From positions 141,189-205,188 of the IMG/VR virus record IMGVR_UViG_3300032321_001270: a stretch of 64,000 nt of DNA. One strand, given 5' to 3'. Below the pieces are notes generated by a model. That model saw nothing but the letters and a program-made list of their open reading frames with translations, searched no databases and was not told the origin of the DNA. Of this stretch, positions 24,335 to 34,870 are shown piece by piece. The DNA comes from a virus (Duplodnaviria; Caudoviricetes). Made by a program: the position numbers and the translations under genes. The first letter of the stretch is position 1. Each line of letters begins with the position of its first letter.

Positions 24335-27300
24335 TTAGTTATTTAAAACGGCGCGGACAGCGTTACGCAGGTTCGTGTTTGTATTCAATTGCGCGATAAA
24401 CTCGTTTAAAAACGCGCCCGAGCGGACTAACTCGGCAATATTGATGTTAATGTTTCCGTTAATCGCCGACGTGGTTGCTGTAATTGTGCCGCTACCCACG
24501 GCAGATGGTGTAAATGTAATTGTACCACCGGCGGGTATTACTCCGGTTGCACCTTGCGGACCCGCTGCGCCTGTAGCGCCAACATTGCCACACGGCCCTG
24601 TCGCACCTTCTGGACCCGTCGCTCCGGCGGTACCAGTGGCCCCCTGCGGGCCAGTAACGCCGCGTGGGCCTGCAACACCTGTTGCGCCGGCAACGCCTGT
24701 GGCGCCCTGTAAACCGCGTTGGCCGGTTGTTCCCGCCGGTCCTTGTGGTCCCGTAGCGCCTTGAATACCTGTTGCGCCGATTTGACCGTTTTGACCGTTT
24801 TGACCGCTTGGCCCAGTTGCTCCGCGCGGGCCAGTAGCACCAGCCACGCCGGTTGAGCCTGTATCGCCCTTTGGGCCGGTGGCGCCGCGCAAACCCTGCG
24901 CGCCTGTAACACCACGCGGTCCGGTTGGGCCAACCGGGCCTGTAATACCGCGCGGGCCGGTAGCGCCAGCTGCGCCCGTAGCACCAGCAGAACCAGCAGC
25001 GCCAGCAGCACCCGCAGCGCCAGCTGGGCCAGTTACGCCGGTCGCACCACGAGCACCTGATACTCCAGCGGCTCCAGCAGGGCCGACTGGACCAGTTGAG
25101 CCTGTATCGCCCTTGGGGCCCACAGGACCTATTGGGCCGGTTACACCGCGGGGACCGATCGGGCCTGTTACGCCTTTTTCGCCTTTGTCGCCCTTCTGGC
25201 CTTTCGCGCCAGTGGGTCCGGTATTGCCTGTATCGCCTTTGGCGCCGGCGGGACCTTGCGGGCCAGATTGACCGGGATCGCCTGTGCAACCAGTCGGACC
25301 CATCTCGCCTTGAGGCCCGATAATACTTGCACCCGGAAGACCCTGCGGCCCGATGTCGCCGTTCTCGCCTTTCTCGCCTTTCTCGCCTTTCTCGCCTTTC
25401 TCGCCTCTGTCGCCCTGATTGCCTTGCATGCCGCCAAAGCCTGCAGGGCCGCGCGGGCCTGCAGGACCAGCCGGACCTTGTGGCCCGCCGGCGCCGGCGG
25501 GACCTTGCGGACCCTGTACGCCCGGTTCACCTTTTTCGCCTTGCGGCCCCTGTTGACCGACGCCGTCTTCACCCGGCTCACCCGGTTCTCCTTTGTCTCC
25601 CTTGTCGCCCTTCTCGCATGATCCGCTTCCACCGCCGCCGCTGCCACTGCCGCTGCCACTGCTCGTTGCAGGGCACTCGGTTGTGTTTAAGTCAATGTTG
25701 ATGGTGAGCTGACCTGTTTCCGTATCAACTTCAATGCTGCCGGTTCCGACACCGCTGGGTTTGATATTAACCGTGCCGCCCGAGATACCTGTCGGGATGT
25801 ATGCATATCCTTGCACTTCATATTTGCACGTAGTTGTCTCAACGATGTCGACATGTATTTCCGGTGTGCCGCCGCCGTACGGTCGCATCTCCAAACTGGC
25901 GCCCGTAAACTCTGGTACGCACGGTACGGGTACGCCGATAGTTAACTCAATGTCGTACGTACATACGCCCGGCTCGTCACCGCTACTGCCGCCTACCTGT
26001 GACGGCGTGACGTAACCGTAACCATACGGATACTCAGATTCGACAACATCAATGTTGACCTCTATCTGCGGGCACGGTTGCGGCGGGCATTTAGGGATCC
26101 AGATGTACGGCGTTATTTTGAATTCGCATAGATCGAGCTGTTCAACAAGAATCTCTGCGCGCGGTTCTATGCCGCAACCAGTAAGAGCAATTCCCTCGCC
26201 GCCTTGAATTTTCGGGATGCACGGCTTCGGGATGCCGATATAAAACGGTATGACTACGTCGCAGTAGTAACCCTCGTCAAAATTGAATATCGGGGAACTG
26301 GCGAACGCATACGGATCTGCCTGTGGTGGCAGAACGCGCATATCAACCATCATGGAGACAGTCGTGCACGGCGGCTTTGGAATCTGAATATCGATTTCAA
26401 AGTCAATCTCGTAGCAGCAAACCGGCGGATCATTTGTGCCGCGCTTTTCGTCGTATTCCGGGCATTTTTGAATTTCAAACTTGAACTTAGGTGGCACGTC
26501 ATAGCCAACCTGATGTTCAAGGTTTTTGACGCGTACTGTCGTGCACGGCGGCCGAGGTTGCGGAACGTCAACGTGGATATCAAATAGAAATGTGCATGAC
26601 CCCGGATCATTACACGTAGCCGGGGTTGTAGTTGCAATAAGATTGAAAAAACTCGGCGTATTGTTGAGCCGACCAGCCGGGCCATCTTTGTAATGGCTGT
26701 TGACGGTCATGAACTTCATCAACGTCGGGCATTTTGGTCGCGGAATCGGAATAACTAGATCTAGGTAGACATTGAAATCGCATGTCTCTGGTTGATCGCA
26801 GCCCGAGGCCGGCGTCACTTCCGTGACAATTTCAAATTTAGACGACCCGCTTACACACGTAGTGCCGGTGTAACCAACTTTCTGGGTAAACGATTTTTTT
26901 GTAATTTTTATGCATGGTGGCGGCGGAATTGGCACCACAATTTCAAGATCGATATCAAAATCACACTGGTCTGGTGTGTTGCAATTACCGGGCGTAATAG
27001 TCGAGGTAATTTCAAACTTGTTCGATTTGCCCTGCACGCATGTCGAGTCAGCGTAACCACTCGTGACCTCAAACGAATTAACGTTGATATTTGGGCACGC
27101 TGGTTTTGGAATCGGAATTGAAAGCGTCAGATCAAAATCAAATTCGCACTGATCGGGCGTATTGCACCCACCCGGGATTGAGCGCGATGTGATGGTGAAA
27201 GATGAGTCACCGCCCGCGCCGCACGTCGGGTCGTCATAGCCGACCGCAAGCTTGAACGTCGGCGAATTAAGAATTGGGCATGGCGTTCGCGGGATCGGTA

Positions 27301-28876
27301 CAACAATTTCAAGATCAACATTAAACTCACACTGTCCCGGGTCGTCGCACGAGCCCGCGGTGTGGCTTGTTGTAATCTCAAATTTTGAACCACCTTGCGC
27401 GCACGTTTGATCGGCGTAACCTGTTGTGATTTTAAATGTTGGCGAATTGATGATTGGGCATGGCGGACGCGGAATTGGAATATTGATCTCTAACTCAACG
27501 TCAAATTCGCACTGGTCGGGTGTCTTGCAGTCGCCGGGCGTGTGCTTAGGCGTGATAGTGAACTTTGAATCAGGCTGCGTGCAGTTCTGATCGTTGTAGC
27601 CGGTTTTTACAGTCAGTGCAGGTGAGTTGATGATCGGGCATGGCGGCCGTGGAATTGGGATATTGATTTCAAGATTAACGTCAAACTCGCACTGATCCGG
27701 CGTGTTGCAGTCGCCGGCCGTATGTTTTGTTGTGATCGTGAAAATCGAATCTGGCGGCACACAGGTTTGATCGTCAAAGCCGGTGTTCACTACAAACGTT
27801 GGCGAGTTGATGATCGGGCAGGGCGGTCGCGGAATTGGGATGACGATTTCTAAGTCAAAATTAAATTCGCACTGGTCGGCGTTATTGCAGTCACCGGGTA
27901 TAACGCGCGTTGTGATTTCAAACCGGTTCTCGCCCGTGATGCACGACGAGTCGTCATAACCGGAGGTAACTTTTAATACTGGCGGGTTGAGCGTCGGACA
28001 CGGCGGGCGCGGTATTGGAATGGCAATCTGCAGGTCAACGTCAAATTCACATCGCGCGGGCGTATTGCAGTCGCCCGGTATTTCGCGGCTGGTGATATTG
28101 AAGTAGTTCTGTTTGCCCAACAAGCAATCGCCGTCCGAGTAACCACTGTCGACGGTAAAGTTTGTCAGGTTAATAAGCGGGCACGGCGGCCGAGGAATTG
28201 GCACCGCAATTTCAAGCTCTATTTCAAACCGGCACTGATCAGCGGTGTCGCAATCGCCGGCCGTGATTACCGGCGTTAACGTGAATTTGTTTTGCGCGTC
28301 CGTCATGCACGAGGAATCGGCATACCCAGAATTGACGGCAAAATTAGTAATGACGATTTGCGGGCACGGCGGTTTCGGCACCGGGATCTTTAGATCCAAA
28401 TCAATGACAAATTCGCAGCTGTCTGGCGTGGTACAATCGCCGGGCGTGATAATTGGTGTGATGCGTATTTCGCTGGTTTGCGTGACGCAATCCTGATAAC
28501 CGACTTCCAAACCAAACTCGCCGGCGGTAAGCGTGCTGCACGGTATGCGCGGAACAGGAATGTTCAGGTCGAGCGTGACTTCGTATTTACACGGATCGAT
28601 ATCTGTTTGTTCAATCTTGAGCTCGTTTTTAGCGGAGTCGCACGCGCCTGTTCCGCTGGTATCTACAAAGTTGACGCCCAGCGTCGTCACTGCCGAGAAG
28701 TCTGGGCAGCGAATGCCCACTTCGGTCGGCGGCTCGCGCGGGATGATCGGCGCCTGACAGCCGTAGATCGGCGGCGGCAGCGGCGCAATCTCGCACACCG
28801 ACGAAATAAAATCGAAATCCGCTTTTGGTACGGGTTCGATCGGGCACTGCGAGTCTTTGAAAAGATTTTCAGCCAT
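24335..28876 (-). CDS. Giant fibre protein: about 17 Cys-rich ~60-aa repeats plus ~115-120-triplet collagen domain
   Basis: Repeat PRPPCP..GYxDxxC..GDCxxPxQCEF; Gly-X-Y region about 24540-25612. Confidence 0.85.
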   Translation of the reverse strand: MAENLFKDSQCPIEPVPKADFDFISSVCEIAPLPPPIYGCQAPIIPREPPTEVGIRCPDFSAVTTLGVNFVDTSGTGACDSAKNELKIEQTDIDPCKYEVTLDLNIPVPRIPCSTLTAGEFGLEVGYQDCVTQTSEIRITPIITPGDCTTPDSCEFVIDLDLKIPVPKPPCPQIVITNFAVNSGYADSSCMTDAQNKFTLTPVITAGDCDTADQCRFEIELEIAVPIPRPPCPLINLTNFTVDSGYSDGDCLLGKQNYFNITSREIPGDCNTPARCEFDVDLQIAIPIPRPPCPTLNPPVLKVTSGYDDSSCITGENRFEITTRVIPGDCNNADQCEFNFDLEIVIPIPRPPCPIINSPTFVVNTGFDDQTCVPPDSIFTITTKHTAGDCNTPDQCEFDVNLEINIPIPRPPCPIINSPALTVKTGYNDQNCTQPDSKFTITPKHTPGDCKTPDQCEFDVELEINIPIPRPPCPIINSPTFKITTGYADQTCAQGGSKFEITTSHTAGSCDDPGQCEFNVDLEIVVPIPRTPCPILNSPTFKLAVGYDDPTCGAGGDSSFTITSRSIPGGCNTPDQCEFDFDLTLSIPIPKPACPNINVNSFEVTSGYADSTCVQGKSNKFEITSTITPGNCNTPDQCDFDIDLEIVVPIPPPPCIKITKKSFTQKVGYTGTTCVSGSSKFEIVTEVTPASGCDQPETCDFNVYLDLVIPIPRPKCPTLMKFMTVNSHYKDGPAGRLNNTPSFFNLIATTTPATCNDPGSCTFLFDIHVDVPQPRPPCTTVRVKNLEHQVGYDVPPKFKFEIQKCPEYDEKRGTNDPPVCCYEIDFEIDIQIPKPPCTTVSMMVDMRVLPPQADPYAFASSPIFNFDEGYYCDVVIPFYIGIPKPCIPKIQGGEGIALTGCGIEPRAEILVEQLDLCEFKITPYIWIPKCPPQPCPQIEVNIDVVESEYPYGYGYVTPSQVGGSSGDEPGVCTYDIELTIGVPVPCVPEFTGASLEMRPYGGGTPEIHVDIVETTTCKYEVQGYAYIPTGISGGTVNIKPSGVGTGSIEVDTETGQLTINIDLNTTECPATSSGSGSGSGGGGSGSCEKGDKGDKGEPGEPGEDGVGQQGPQGEKGEPGVQGPQGPAGAGGPQGPAGPAGPRGPAGFGGMQGNQGDRGEKGEKGEKGEKGENGDIGPQGLPGASIIGPQGEMGPTGCTGDPGQSGPQGPAGAKGDTGNTGPTGAKGQKGDKGEKGVTGPIGPRGVTGPIGPVGPKGDTGSTGPVGPAGAAGVSGARGATGVTGPAGAAGAAGAAGSAGATGAAGATGPRGITGPVGPTGPRGVTGAQGLRGATGPKGDTGSTGVAGATGPRGATGPSGQNGQNGQIGATGIQGATGPQGPAGTTGQRGLQGATGVAGATGVAGPRGVTGPQGATGTAGATGPEGATGPCGNVGATGAAGPQGATGVIPAGGTITFTPSAVGSGTITATTSAINGNININIAELVRSGAFLNEFIAQLNTNTNLRNAVRAVLNN
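25362..25406. repeat. Perfect 9-bp tandem repeat (TTCTCGCCT)x5 encoding GEK triplets
   Basis: Read directly from sequence. Confidence 0.9.
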
Positions 28877-28877
28877 G

Positions 28878-29792
28878 TTATGTGCAGTTTACCTGCGCGT
28901 TTGGTTTCTTCTGCACCTTGATTGTTCCGTCGTCAATCAAAATGTTAATTCCAGCGCCGCCAATGATATTGATATTTGTACCGCCAACACCGTTTACTGT
29001 CGTGATGAGTTCGTCACAGGCCGGACCACCGCTAAAAAATTTGCTGTCTGCCGCGAGCGGTTCTGCCGGGTACAGCGGTATTTCGCTTCCGTGCGCACAC
29101 AATTCTGCGCTCGTTGACCCGGCTCCAGCGCCTTTAGTCGCGCTGACACTCAACTCATTGGCGCGGTCTGTTTGTGTAATTAAGCAGTTATAACCTTCTT
29201 TGAGCCGAATGTCGCCCTTTATGCAGCGCGCATTTAGGATGATTGGCCGGTTATCGTTCGTGCCGGTGACGCCGCAAGCTGGCACACGAACGCGGTCGTA
29301 ATTTCCAACACTGATTGAACGCAAATATGCCTTGTTTAAATTTTGAATAAGCGCCGGTTCAACGCGGTAATCATTGTCGGTAAAAGACCACGTGCCGGAT
29401 GAAAAAACATCACGAAGCGCGCCGAGCGGGCCGGTAGCAATAAACCCAGACCAAATTGGTTCTTCGGCGCATTGTTTGCTGTTAAGCGGCGCGGACTCGG
29501 CATACTCGTTTAACCACTCGTTAGATTCTTGCTCGCGAAAAAATGACAGTGTGGCACTACTGGCATTTGTTTTAAACACAAACTCAAACACCGGCACCGT
29601 ATCAACCACAACGCTGTTAATTGCCGACAACCAAACGGTGTGCTGCGTCTCGTCAAAATACGCGTCGAGACCCATTACAAAACCGGCGTCAACAATTACG
29701 CTCGTTGGCAGCGGGGGCAATGTGGCTGGTTTGTCGTAAACGAACGGATACGCGCGGTATTCGTTATCGTTGTAAAATCCGGGACGAGGCAT
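28878..29792 (-). CDS. Putative baseplate/fibre-associated protein, paralog 5
   Basis: FYNDNEYRAYPF N-terminus; TTVNGVGG..INI C-terminal motif. Confidence 0.6.
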   Translation of the reverse strand: MPRPGFYNDNEYRAYPFVYDKPATLPPLPTSVIVDAGFVMGLDAYFDETQHTVWLSAINSVVVDTVPVFEFVFKTNASSATLSFFREQESNEWLNEYAESAPLNSKQCAEEPIWSGFIATGPLGALRDVFSSGTWSFTDNDYRVEPALIQNLNKAYLRSISVGNYDRVRVPACGVTGTNDNRPIILNARCIKGDIRLKEGYNCLITQTDRANELSVSATKGAGAGSTSAELCAHGSEIPLYPAEPLAADSKFFSGGPACDELITTVNGVGGTNINIIGGAGINILIDDGTIKVQKKPNAQVNCT

Positions 29793-30571
29793 TACACAAC
29801 GCTCCTACCAACGGTATCGACGACAATTGTCTCGCCGTCAACATAAATTCGCAACACGGCGTCGTTGACCAGTTGATTTGTAGCAGTAAACGTAAAACTG
29901 CCGTATTCGTCGGGGCCGCAGCCGTTGATGGTTTTTAAATAAGGTTTGGACGGAAAATTCTCGCCTTGCGGTTCACACAGGAATCTTTTAAATAGCGGGA
30001 CGCCGATAATGTCAAATCGAATCACATGCGGGCCGTCTTGGCGCAGCACAACGCCTTGATCGCCAACCAGCCAGATGTCGCCTGTTAAGAACTGCTTTTT
30101 TTCTGTTTGGATAGCGCGCACACCGGGTTCATTCGCCGGGATCACTACCGTAGATACAAACTCTGTTTCGCCCTGCGTAAACGGATAGGCGCCAATTGCC
30201 CACGCAGAAAAACGCGCAAGCGCTATTGGAGTTGATAGCAACATTCCGGCCGGGCGACCATAGATATCTGAAAACAACAGTATCCCGTCCGCCGGTGGCG
30301 ACAGCGGATTGTAACGCGAAAAAATTCGGCTTGTTAGATCAGAATCGCCAACCGTGATCGTGACTTGTTGCGCCGTTACGTCTATCGACGAGATATACGC
30401 GCGAGTACCACCACCGATCGCAAAGAATGACGCGTCAATAAAAGTGTCTGGCGCAATTTGAATTGTTTCAGCTGCCGCGCTTTGCAGCGTGGCTGTATCT
30501 GCAAACGGGTAACGTGACGTCAACTGTTCGTCGCGAAACTCTGGAAATAAAATACGCGCGTCGGTCATCAC
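29792..30571 (-). CDS. Putative baseplate/fibre-associated protein, paralog 4
   Basis: FRDEQLTSRYPF; KTINGCGPDEYG. Confidence 0.6.
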   Translation of the reverse strand: MMTDARILFPEFRDEQLTSRYPFADTATLQSAAAETIQIAPDTFIDASFFAIGGGTRAYISSIDVTAQQVTITVGDSDLTSRIFSRYNPLSPPADGILLFSDIYGRPAGMLLSTPIALARFSAWAIGAYPFTQGETEFVSTVVIPANEPGVRAIQTEKKQFLTGDIWLVGDQGVVLRQDGPHVIRFDIIGVPLFKRFLCEPQGENFPSKPYLKTINGCGPDEYGSFTFTATNQLVNDAVLRIYVDGETIVVDTVGRSVV

Positions 30572-32301
30572 TGCACCACAAATTTGTTAAAAAACGTATA
30601 AGACTGGTTTGTAAATAAACCAACAGAACCCGTAACCTCGCCGGGATTGGTGATGCTTGTGAAACCAGTTGCAGCGTGCGTGCCGTCAAGTTCTGATACA
30701 GAAAAATTTACAGTAAGCGCATTACCGTTGAGATTTAAACTTGTATACAGGCGATACCACGTGTTTACTTTTGCGTTGTAGTTTACCGACAGCTCTTCGG
30801 TAAATATGTCGTTGTTGTAACGCAGCACACGGATTTTTGCTCGGGTAGCATCAACAAGTACAACAAGGTACCGGGTAACGACTTGGTTTAATTCAAGTGT
30901 CTGCAAATAATTCAGCACAACGCCGCCGTTACGCGCGATGCCGTTCGTACCGATTTTGAATTCTGTCATGATTGTGCGACTTAGCGCCCAATCTGTTGCG
31001 CAGTTTTTCAGTGCCGCTACGTTCACTCCGCCTATGCCGGCGGAGGCGTATGTGCCGTGATTAGTCAGCGCGCTTCCGATATTTGGATTGAATTCTGCAA
31101 TCGAGCAGTTTCCACAAACCGGCGGCGCTTTTGTTTCGGCGGCTGAGAACACCCCTGTTTTTGTTTCAAAGTAAGCGCTTGGCTGGCACGAGCTAAAGTC
31201 GGCACACAGCGGTATTGGAAGACACGCGTAATCGCGGTCTGTCAATGTTTCGTCAACAATAAGATCTATGGCTGTTGTCGGGTCCGGCCAGCAATATTCA
31301 TCGATAACAATATCGGTTTCGTTGTAATTGCTGCCTTCCCAGCGATATACCTTGTTTGTGTCAAACGCCAGATATAATTTATTTAGTTCGCCGGCTGGCG
31401 GAAAAGCTGCAACATTAGCAAACGTATAAATGTTTTCGCCGGTGAGCGTGCAACACAAATCTTTGAACTCTTGCGGTTTTTTTGGTGTATTGGCAGCGCA
31501 CACTGACGTCAGGCCAACATCTGTCACGATGTCGGCGCCACCGCAACCAGCGAAATTGATATTTGTAAAACCATCAAATACGATGTTGATGTTTCCGGCA
31601 CAATCTGGCGCAACACCGTTGATAGTTTCAATTGGTGTTTTTGGGCAGGTACCGCTTTCTGGTCGTTGGCCGCAGGGACCAATAAATGTCTGTAATGGGT
31701 TGTATTCGCCCGTGATTAACGCCGCGTCTAATCGAAATACAACAGCCGGGTAATCGACGCCCTCGTATTGAATAGTTTCGTATTTAGCGGTAACGGGCGA
31801 AGATCCTATTAGATTGACGACGCCCTGTAGCGCTGTACCAAGATTTATTTTGCCGATAGTAGGGATCGGCAGTGGTCGGTAGGGGCGTGCGTTTCTAGTC
31901 TGAATTAGTGTCTGCGTTGGCCGACTATATCTACCGGCAAACGCTGTATCTACGCCGGGGCCAAAAGCAACCCAGCCAGAAACTCCCGGCACAAGTGGCG
32001 TCACACTGTAATTAACATAAGGCGAAGCTGGTTGCGGTACAGACACCGCGCAGATTGTTTGCCCCTGCGTGTCAGCCGGTGATTCAACGACACCAAAAAC
32101 GACTGTAACAATTCCAGCAGATACAGTTAAACCCTGCACGTATAAATACTGACCGAGCGGCCGCGGAAACCTAATATGGCAATCAACAAGAATGTCGTCG
32201 CGAATAAATGCGCCGTTGTTGTCGAGACCGCTAGACAGATCGTCAAGCGGGTAGCGCCGCGTTGACTGGAGGTTGTACCAATTCTGGTTGCGTATAGACA
32301 T
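30568..32301 (-). CDS. Putative baseplate/fibre-associated protein, paralog 3, with C-terminal beta-sandwich (lectin-like) domain
   Basis: WYNLQSTRRYPL; ETINGVAPDCAGN; NTWYRL...V....G.VGLF C-terminus. Confidence 0.6.
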   Translation of the reverse strand: MSIRNQNWYNLQSTRRYPLDDLSSGLDNNGAFIRDDILVDCHIRFPRPLGQYLYVQGLTVSAGIVTVVFGVVESPADTQGQTICAVSVPQPASPYVNYSVTPLVPGVSGWVAFGPGVDTAFAGRYSRPTQTLIQTRNARPYRPLPIPTIGKINLGTALQGVVNLIGSSPVTAKYETIQYEGVDYPAVVFRLDAALITGEYNPLQTFIGPCGQRPESGTCPKTPIETINGVAPDCAGNINIVFDGFTNINFAGCGGADIVTDVGLTSVCAANTPKKPQEFKDLCCTLTGENIYTFANVAAFPPAGELNKLYLAFDTNKVYRWEGSNYNETDIVIDEYCWPDPTTAIDLIVDETLTDRDYACLPIPLCADFSSCQPSAYFETKTGVFSAAETKAPPVCGNCSIAEFNPNIGSALTNHGTYASAGIGGVNVAALKNCATDWALSRTIMTEFKIGTNGIARNGGVVLNYLQTLELNQVVTRYLVVLVDATRAKIRVLRYNNDIFTEELSVNYNAKVNTWYRLYTSLNLNGNALTVNFSVSELDGTHAATGFTSITNPGEVTGSVGLFTNQSYTFFNKFVVQ

Positions 32302-32304
32302 GGC

Positions 32305-33912
32305 TCAGCACGGCCCCTCGGTTTTACCGTCAGCATTACAGTGTAACGTCTGCACTGTCTCTGATACGGCCGCAGGTGGTGGAAAACCATCAGCGAGATT
32401 AACGCCGCAATTTGTCAGAATAGGCGAGTTATCGCTTAGGAGAGCTCCGGTTAAAACACCGGTAATTACATAAGGACCGCGGGCTCGTGTTTCAACCGAC
32501 GGCGTTTGCGTGTCATCTAGTTGAGTAAATTTTACGCGAAATTGTACATAAGCAGACGACCCCGGTTTAAGTTGTGGAAATGCTGCTGTGTAGTTGCGCC
32601 CGTCGCTGCTGACCGTGATGCCGATTGCGCCGCCGCGGATGCCGGGCGCGTACATAGCCGTGTGACCGCATTCTAATGACGGCGTCACGTGTACCGGTGT
32701 TTGTTGCCCCGGCAGCGCCACTAAATCACCGGATACGTCCAGAGTTACAGTCAGACGAGACGGATTAACACATGTTTCGCAGGGATTGCACAACATCATT
32801 ACGACGTCCATGTATGCACAACGCTGCGGAACAAGAAACAGCCGTAGCGGACGTTGCACGCTGCATGCGCGCTGGTCAAGCCACCGCGCTATATTGTTTT
32901 CGTGCTCTGTGCGCACTTTGTCCGCCCGCTGGCCAATAAGCCGGTATCTGTAGCTCGTATCGTTCATGTATTTTGCTGTAGCGGCGTAGTCGTTGCAGCT
33001 GCAGCACGGCTCGCAGTCGGCGCCAATCTGCTGATGTGCTGTAGTAGAAGGATTTACCGCATACGGCGGCGATATCCCGACAGACACGGGGCGGCGGGCC
33101 CACAAGCAATCAGTGCCAGAAATTCGAAAATCGCCGTTGTCGCTGCTGAGTCCGTTAATTTTTGTAAGCGGTACACCTACGTTGCCGCCGCAATTTCCAT
33201 ATCGTCCCAAACCGGTACCGGCAACAGCGGTAAAATTTATTTTTGTGTTGTTACGGAAGTTTTTTGTTTCTGCTGTACCGGCCACAATTTCTGTGTTGTA
33301 CCCATTCACAAATTTTATTGATTCGGTATACCGCGGACTGATTGCGTTGCCGTTGCGTACGCGTAGCGTTAACAACCGTTTAGGCATTTTGTAAACAGCG
33401 CGTTCATCTAACCGCGCGTTCGACGGGGCGAGATATTTATCGTATTGCCGTCGCGTGTCATCATCTATTTGTTGGTTGTCGTCGTTTGGCCACGTGGTAT
33501 AGGTAACAAGGCGGCATACAGCGCGCGCAGTCTTCCACTCGTAAATACGGTAATCGGCGCCCCACGCGCTGACGTTAAACAATACGTCCTCGTGATTTGT
33601 GTCAAGAATGACGCGGTTATGGGAATCCACAACAACGATGTCTGCCGCGTGGACTGAAACCGGAAAACCGGGGGCTGGAGTATTCTCAACACATCCGATG
33701 CCGTATAGATATTTAATTCGCAGCGGGTGGGTTGCTTTCGGGGCGCCGGAGTCGTATTCGCCAGCGTCGTCATACGACAGATGTAGGTCAGCGACAAGAT
33801 ATTGAATATCTTCTGACGGCGAGACTAAAGGATAATCTAAGCCGCTTTGCGGTTGCACTACGCCGAGCCCGCTGCGGCCGGATTTTGATGTGGTGTAGTC
33901 GGGGCACGTCAT
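32305..33912 (-). CDS. Putative baseplate/fibre-associated protein, paralog 2
   Basis: SGLDYPL; TKINGLSSDNGD; CEPCCSC followed by a helix. Confidence 0.6.
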   Translation of the reverse strand: MTCPDYTTSKSGRSGLGVVQPQSGLDYPLVSPSEDIQYLVADLHLSYDDAGEYDSGAPKATHPLRIKYLYGIGCVENTPAPGFPVSVHAADIVVVDSHNRVILDTNHEDVLFNVSAWGADYRIYEWKTARAVCRLVTYTTWPNDDNQQIDDDTRRQYDKYLAPSNARLDERAVYKMPKRLLTLRVRNGNAISPRYTESIKFVNGYNTEIVAGTAETKNFRNNTKINFTAVAGTGLGRYGNCGGNVGVPLTKINGLSSDNGDFRISGTDCLWARRPVSVGISPPYAVNPSTTAHQQIGADCEPCCSCNDYAATAKYMNDTSYRYRLIGQRADKVRTEHENNIARWLDQRACSVQRPLRLFLVPQRCAYMDVVMMLCNPCETCVNPSRLTVTLDVSGDLVALPGQQTPVHVTPSLECGHTAMYAPGIRGGAIGITVSSDGRNYTAAFPQLKPGSSAYVQFRVKFTQLDDTQTPSVETRARGPYVITGVLTGALLSDNSPILTNCGVNLADGFPPPAAVSETVQTLHCNADGKTEGPC

Positions 33913-33915
33913 ATG

Positions 33916-34857
33916 TCACCCCGTTGAACAACCAGAGTCGCCGAGCTGGCTACCGAGCACGACGAGGCTCATTTGCGTTACTTCAGATCCAAGTCGCGTG
34001 ATAAAGTTCTGTAGCGTAGTGACGCCGTCGCCAAAGCGATTAATCTGGTCGACGATTGCGTCCAGCTCTGTGCAGCCACAACAAGGTTGCGCACACGTAT
34101 CTGCAAATTTTAATCCGTTACTCATCGGCGTAATCTGAATACAGTCGTCGGGCGCGATAATAAAATTGCCGTCTGAACTGCATACACCGTTGATACACCG
34201 AATACACTCGCCGGTTGTTGGTGTATCGCAGTAACACTCTTCATTCAGATTTGTGTTCGCAATAGCGTCAAAAACAATTTCTGTTTCAGCGCCAAAATTA
34301 GCGGCCGTAATCCGAATGTTGTTTCCGGCGACAAGCGTGACATCGCCGTAAATGGGAGCACTAAGTTCGCTGTTGTTTGAGACGCGCAGTCGGGTTACGG
34401 CCCGCAACATTGGCCGAATAGCGTCTGTCTCTAGCTCGCCGTCTGCGGGTTCAAACTCGTACAACCCCGGCGGAAGTAAATCAACCTCGTCTAGTACGCC
34501 GAGCACGACGCGGCCCACGCAGTCGTCGAAGTCGCCTAGACCGCCGAGCGCGTAAGACCGGTTTGGTTGATAGTTGCTGCGAATAATATTGGCAGCGGCG
34601 ACGTCTACGGTTTGACCGCCAGCGGCATAGCCAACTGTGATATTAAAACCGGTTGGCGCAATCAGTATGCTTTTGATGTAAAAGTTATTTGGCGCAAACG
34701 ACAGGCCAGAGTGGATAGGCAGGTACAAGCCAACAATAAAGCTGTCTGGCAGCCTAATCGTTTTGCTGACGTCTGTTTTTGTGGCGCGCTCTGTCAGCGG
34801 GTATGACCGCTGCGAGTTGTGATTGAGCCACTGTAGATTCCAGTTTCCAATTGGCAT
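33916..34857 (-). CDS. Putative baseplate/fibre-associated protein, paralog 1
   Basis: WLNHNSQRSYPL; CINGVCSSDGN; CAQPCCGC followed by coiled coil. Confidence 0.6.
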   Translation of the reverse strand: MPIGNWNLQWLNHNSQRSYPLTERATKTDVSKTIRLPDSFIVGLYLPIHSGLSFAPNNFYIKSILIAPTGFNITVGYAAGGQTVDVAAANIIRSNYQPNRSYALGGLGDFDDCVGRVVLGVLDEVDLLPPGLYEFEPADGELETDAIRPMLRAVTRLRVSNNSELSAPIYGDVTLVAGNNIRITAANFGAETEIVFDAIANTNLNEECYCDTPTTGECIRCINGVCSSDGNFIIAPDDCIQITPMSNGLKFADTCAQPCCGCTELDAIVDQINRFGDGVTTLQNFITRLGSEVTQMSLVVLGSQLGDSGCSTG

Positions 34858-34870
34858 GGCGGCTCACCTA

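Noticed and set aside
23539-25701. Many overlapping plus-strand and alternate-frame ORFs (Pro/Ala/Arg-rich)
   Set aside because: Shadows of the Gly-X-Y periodicity; no RBS or protein-like features
26700-28600. Regularly spaced repeats resembling a CRISPR array or DGR template
   Set aside because: They are in-frame protein repeats diverged at synonymous sites; no cas or reverse transcriptase gene
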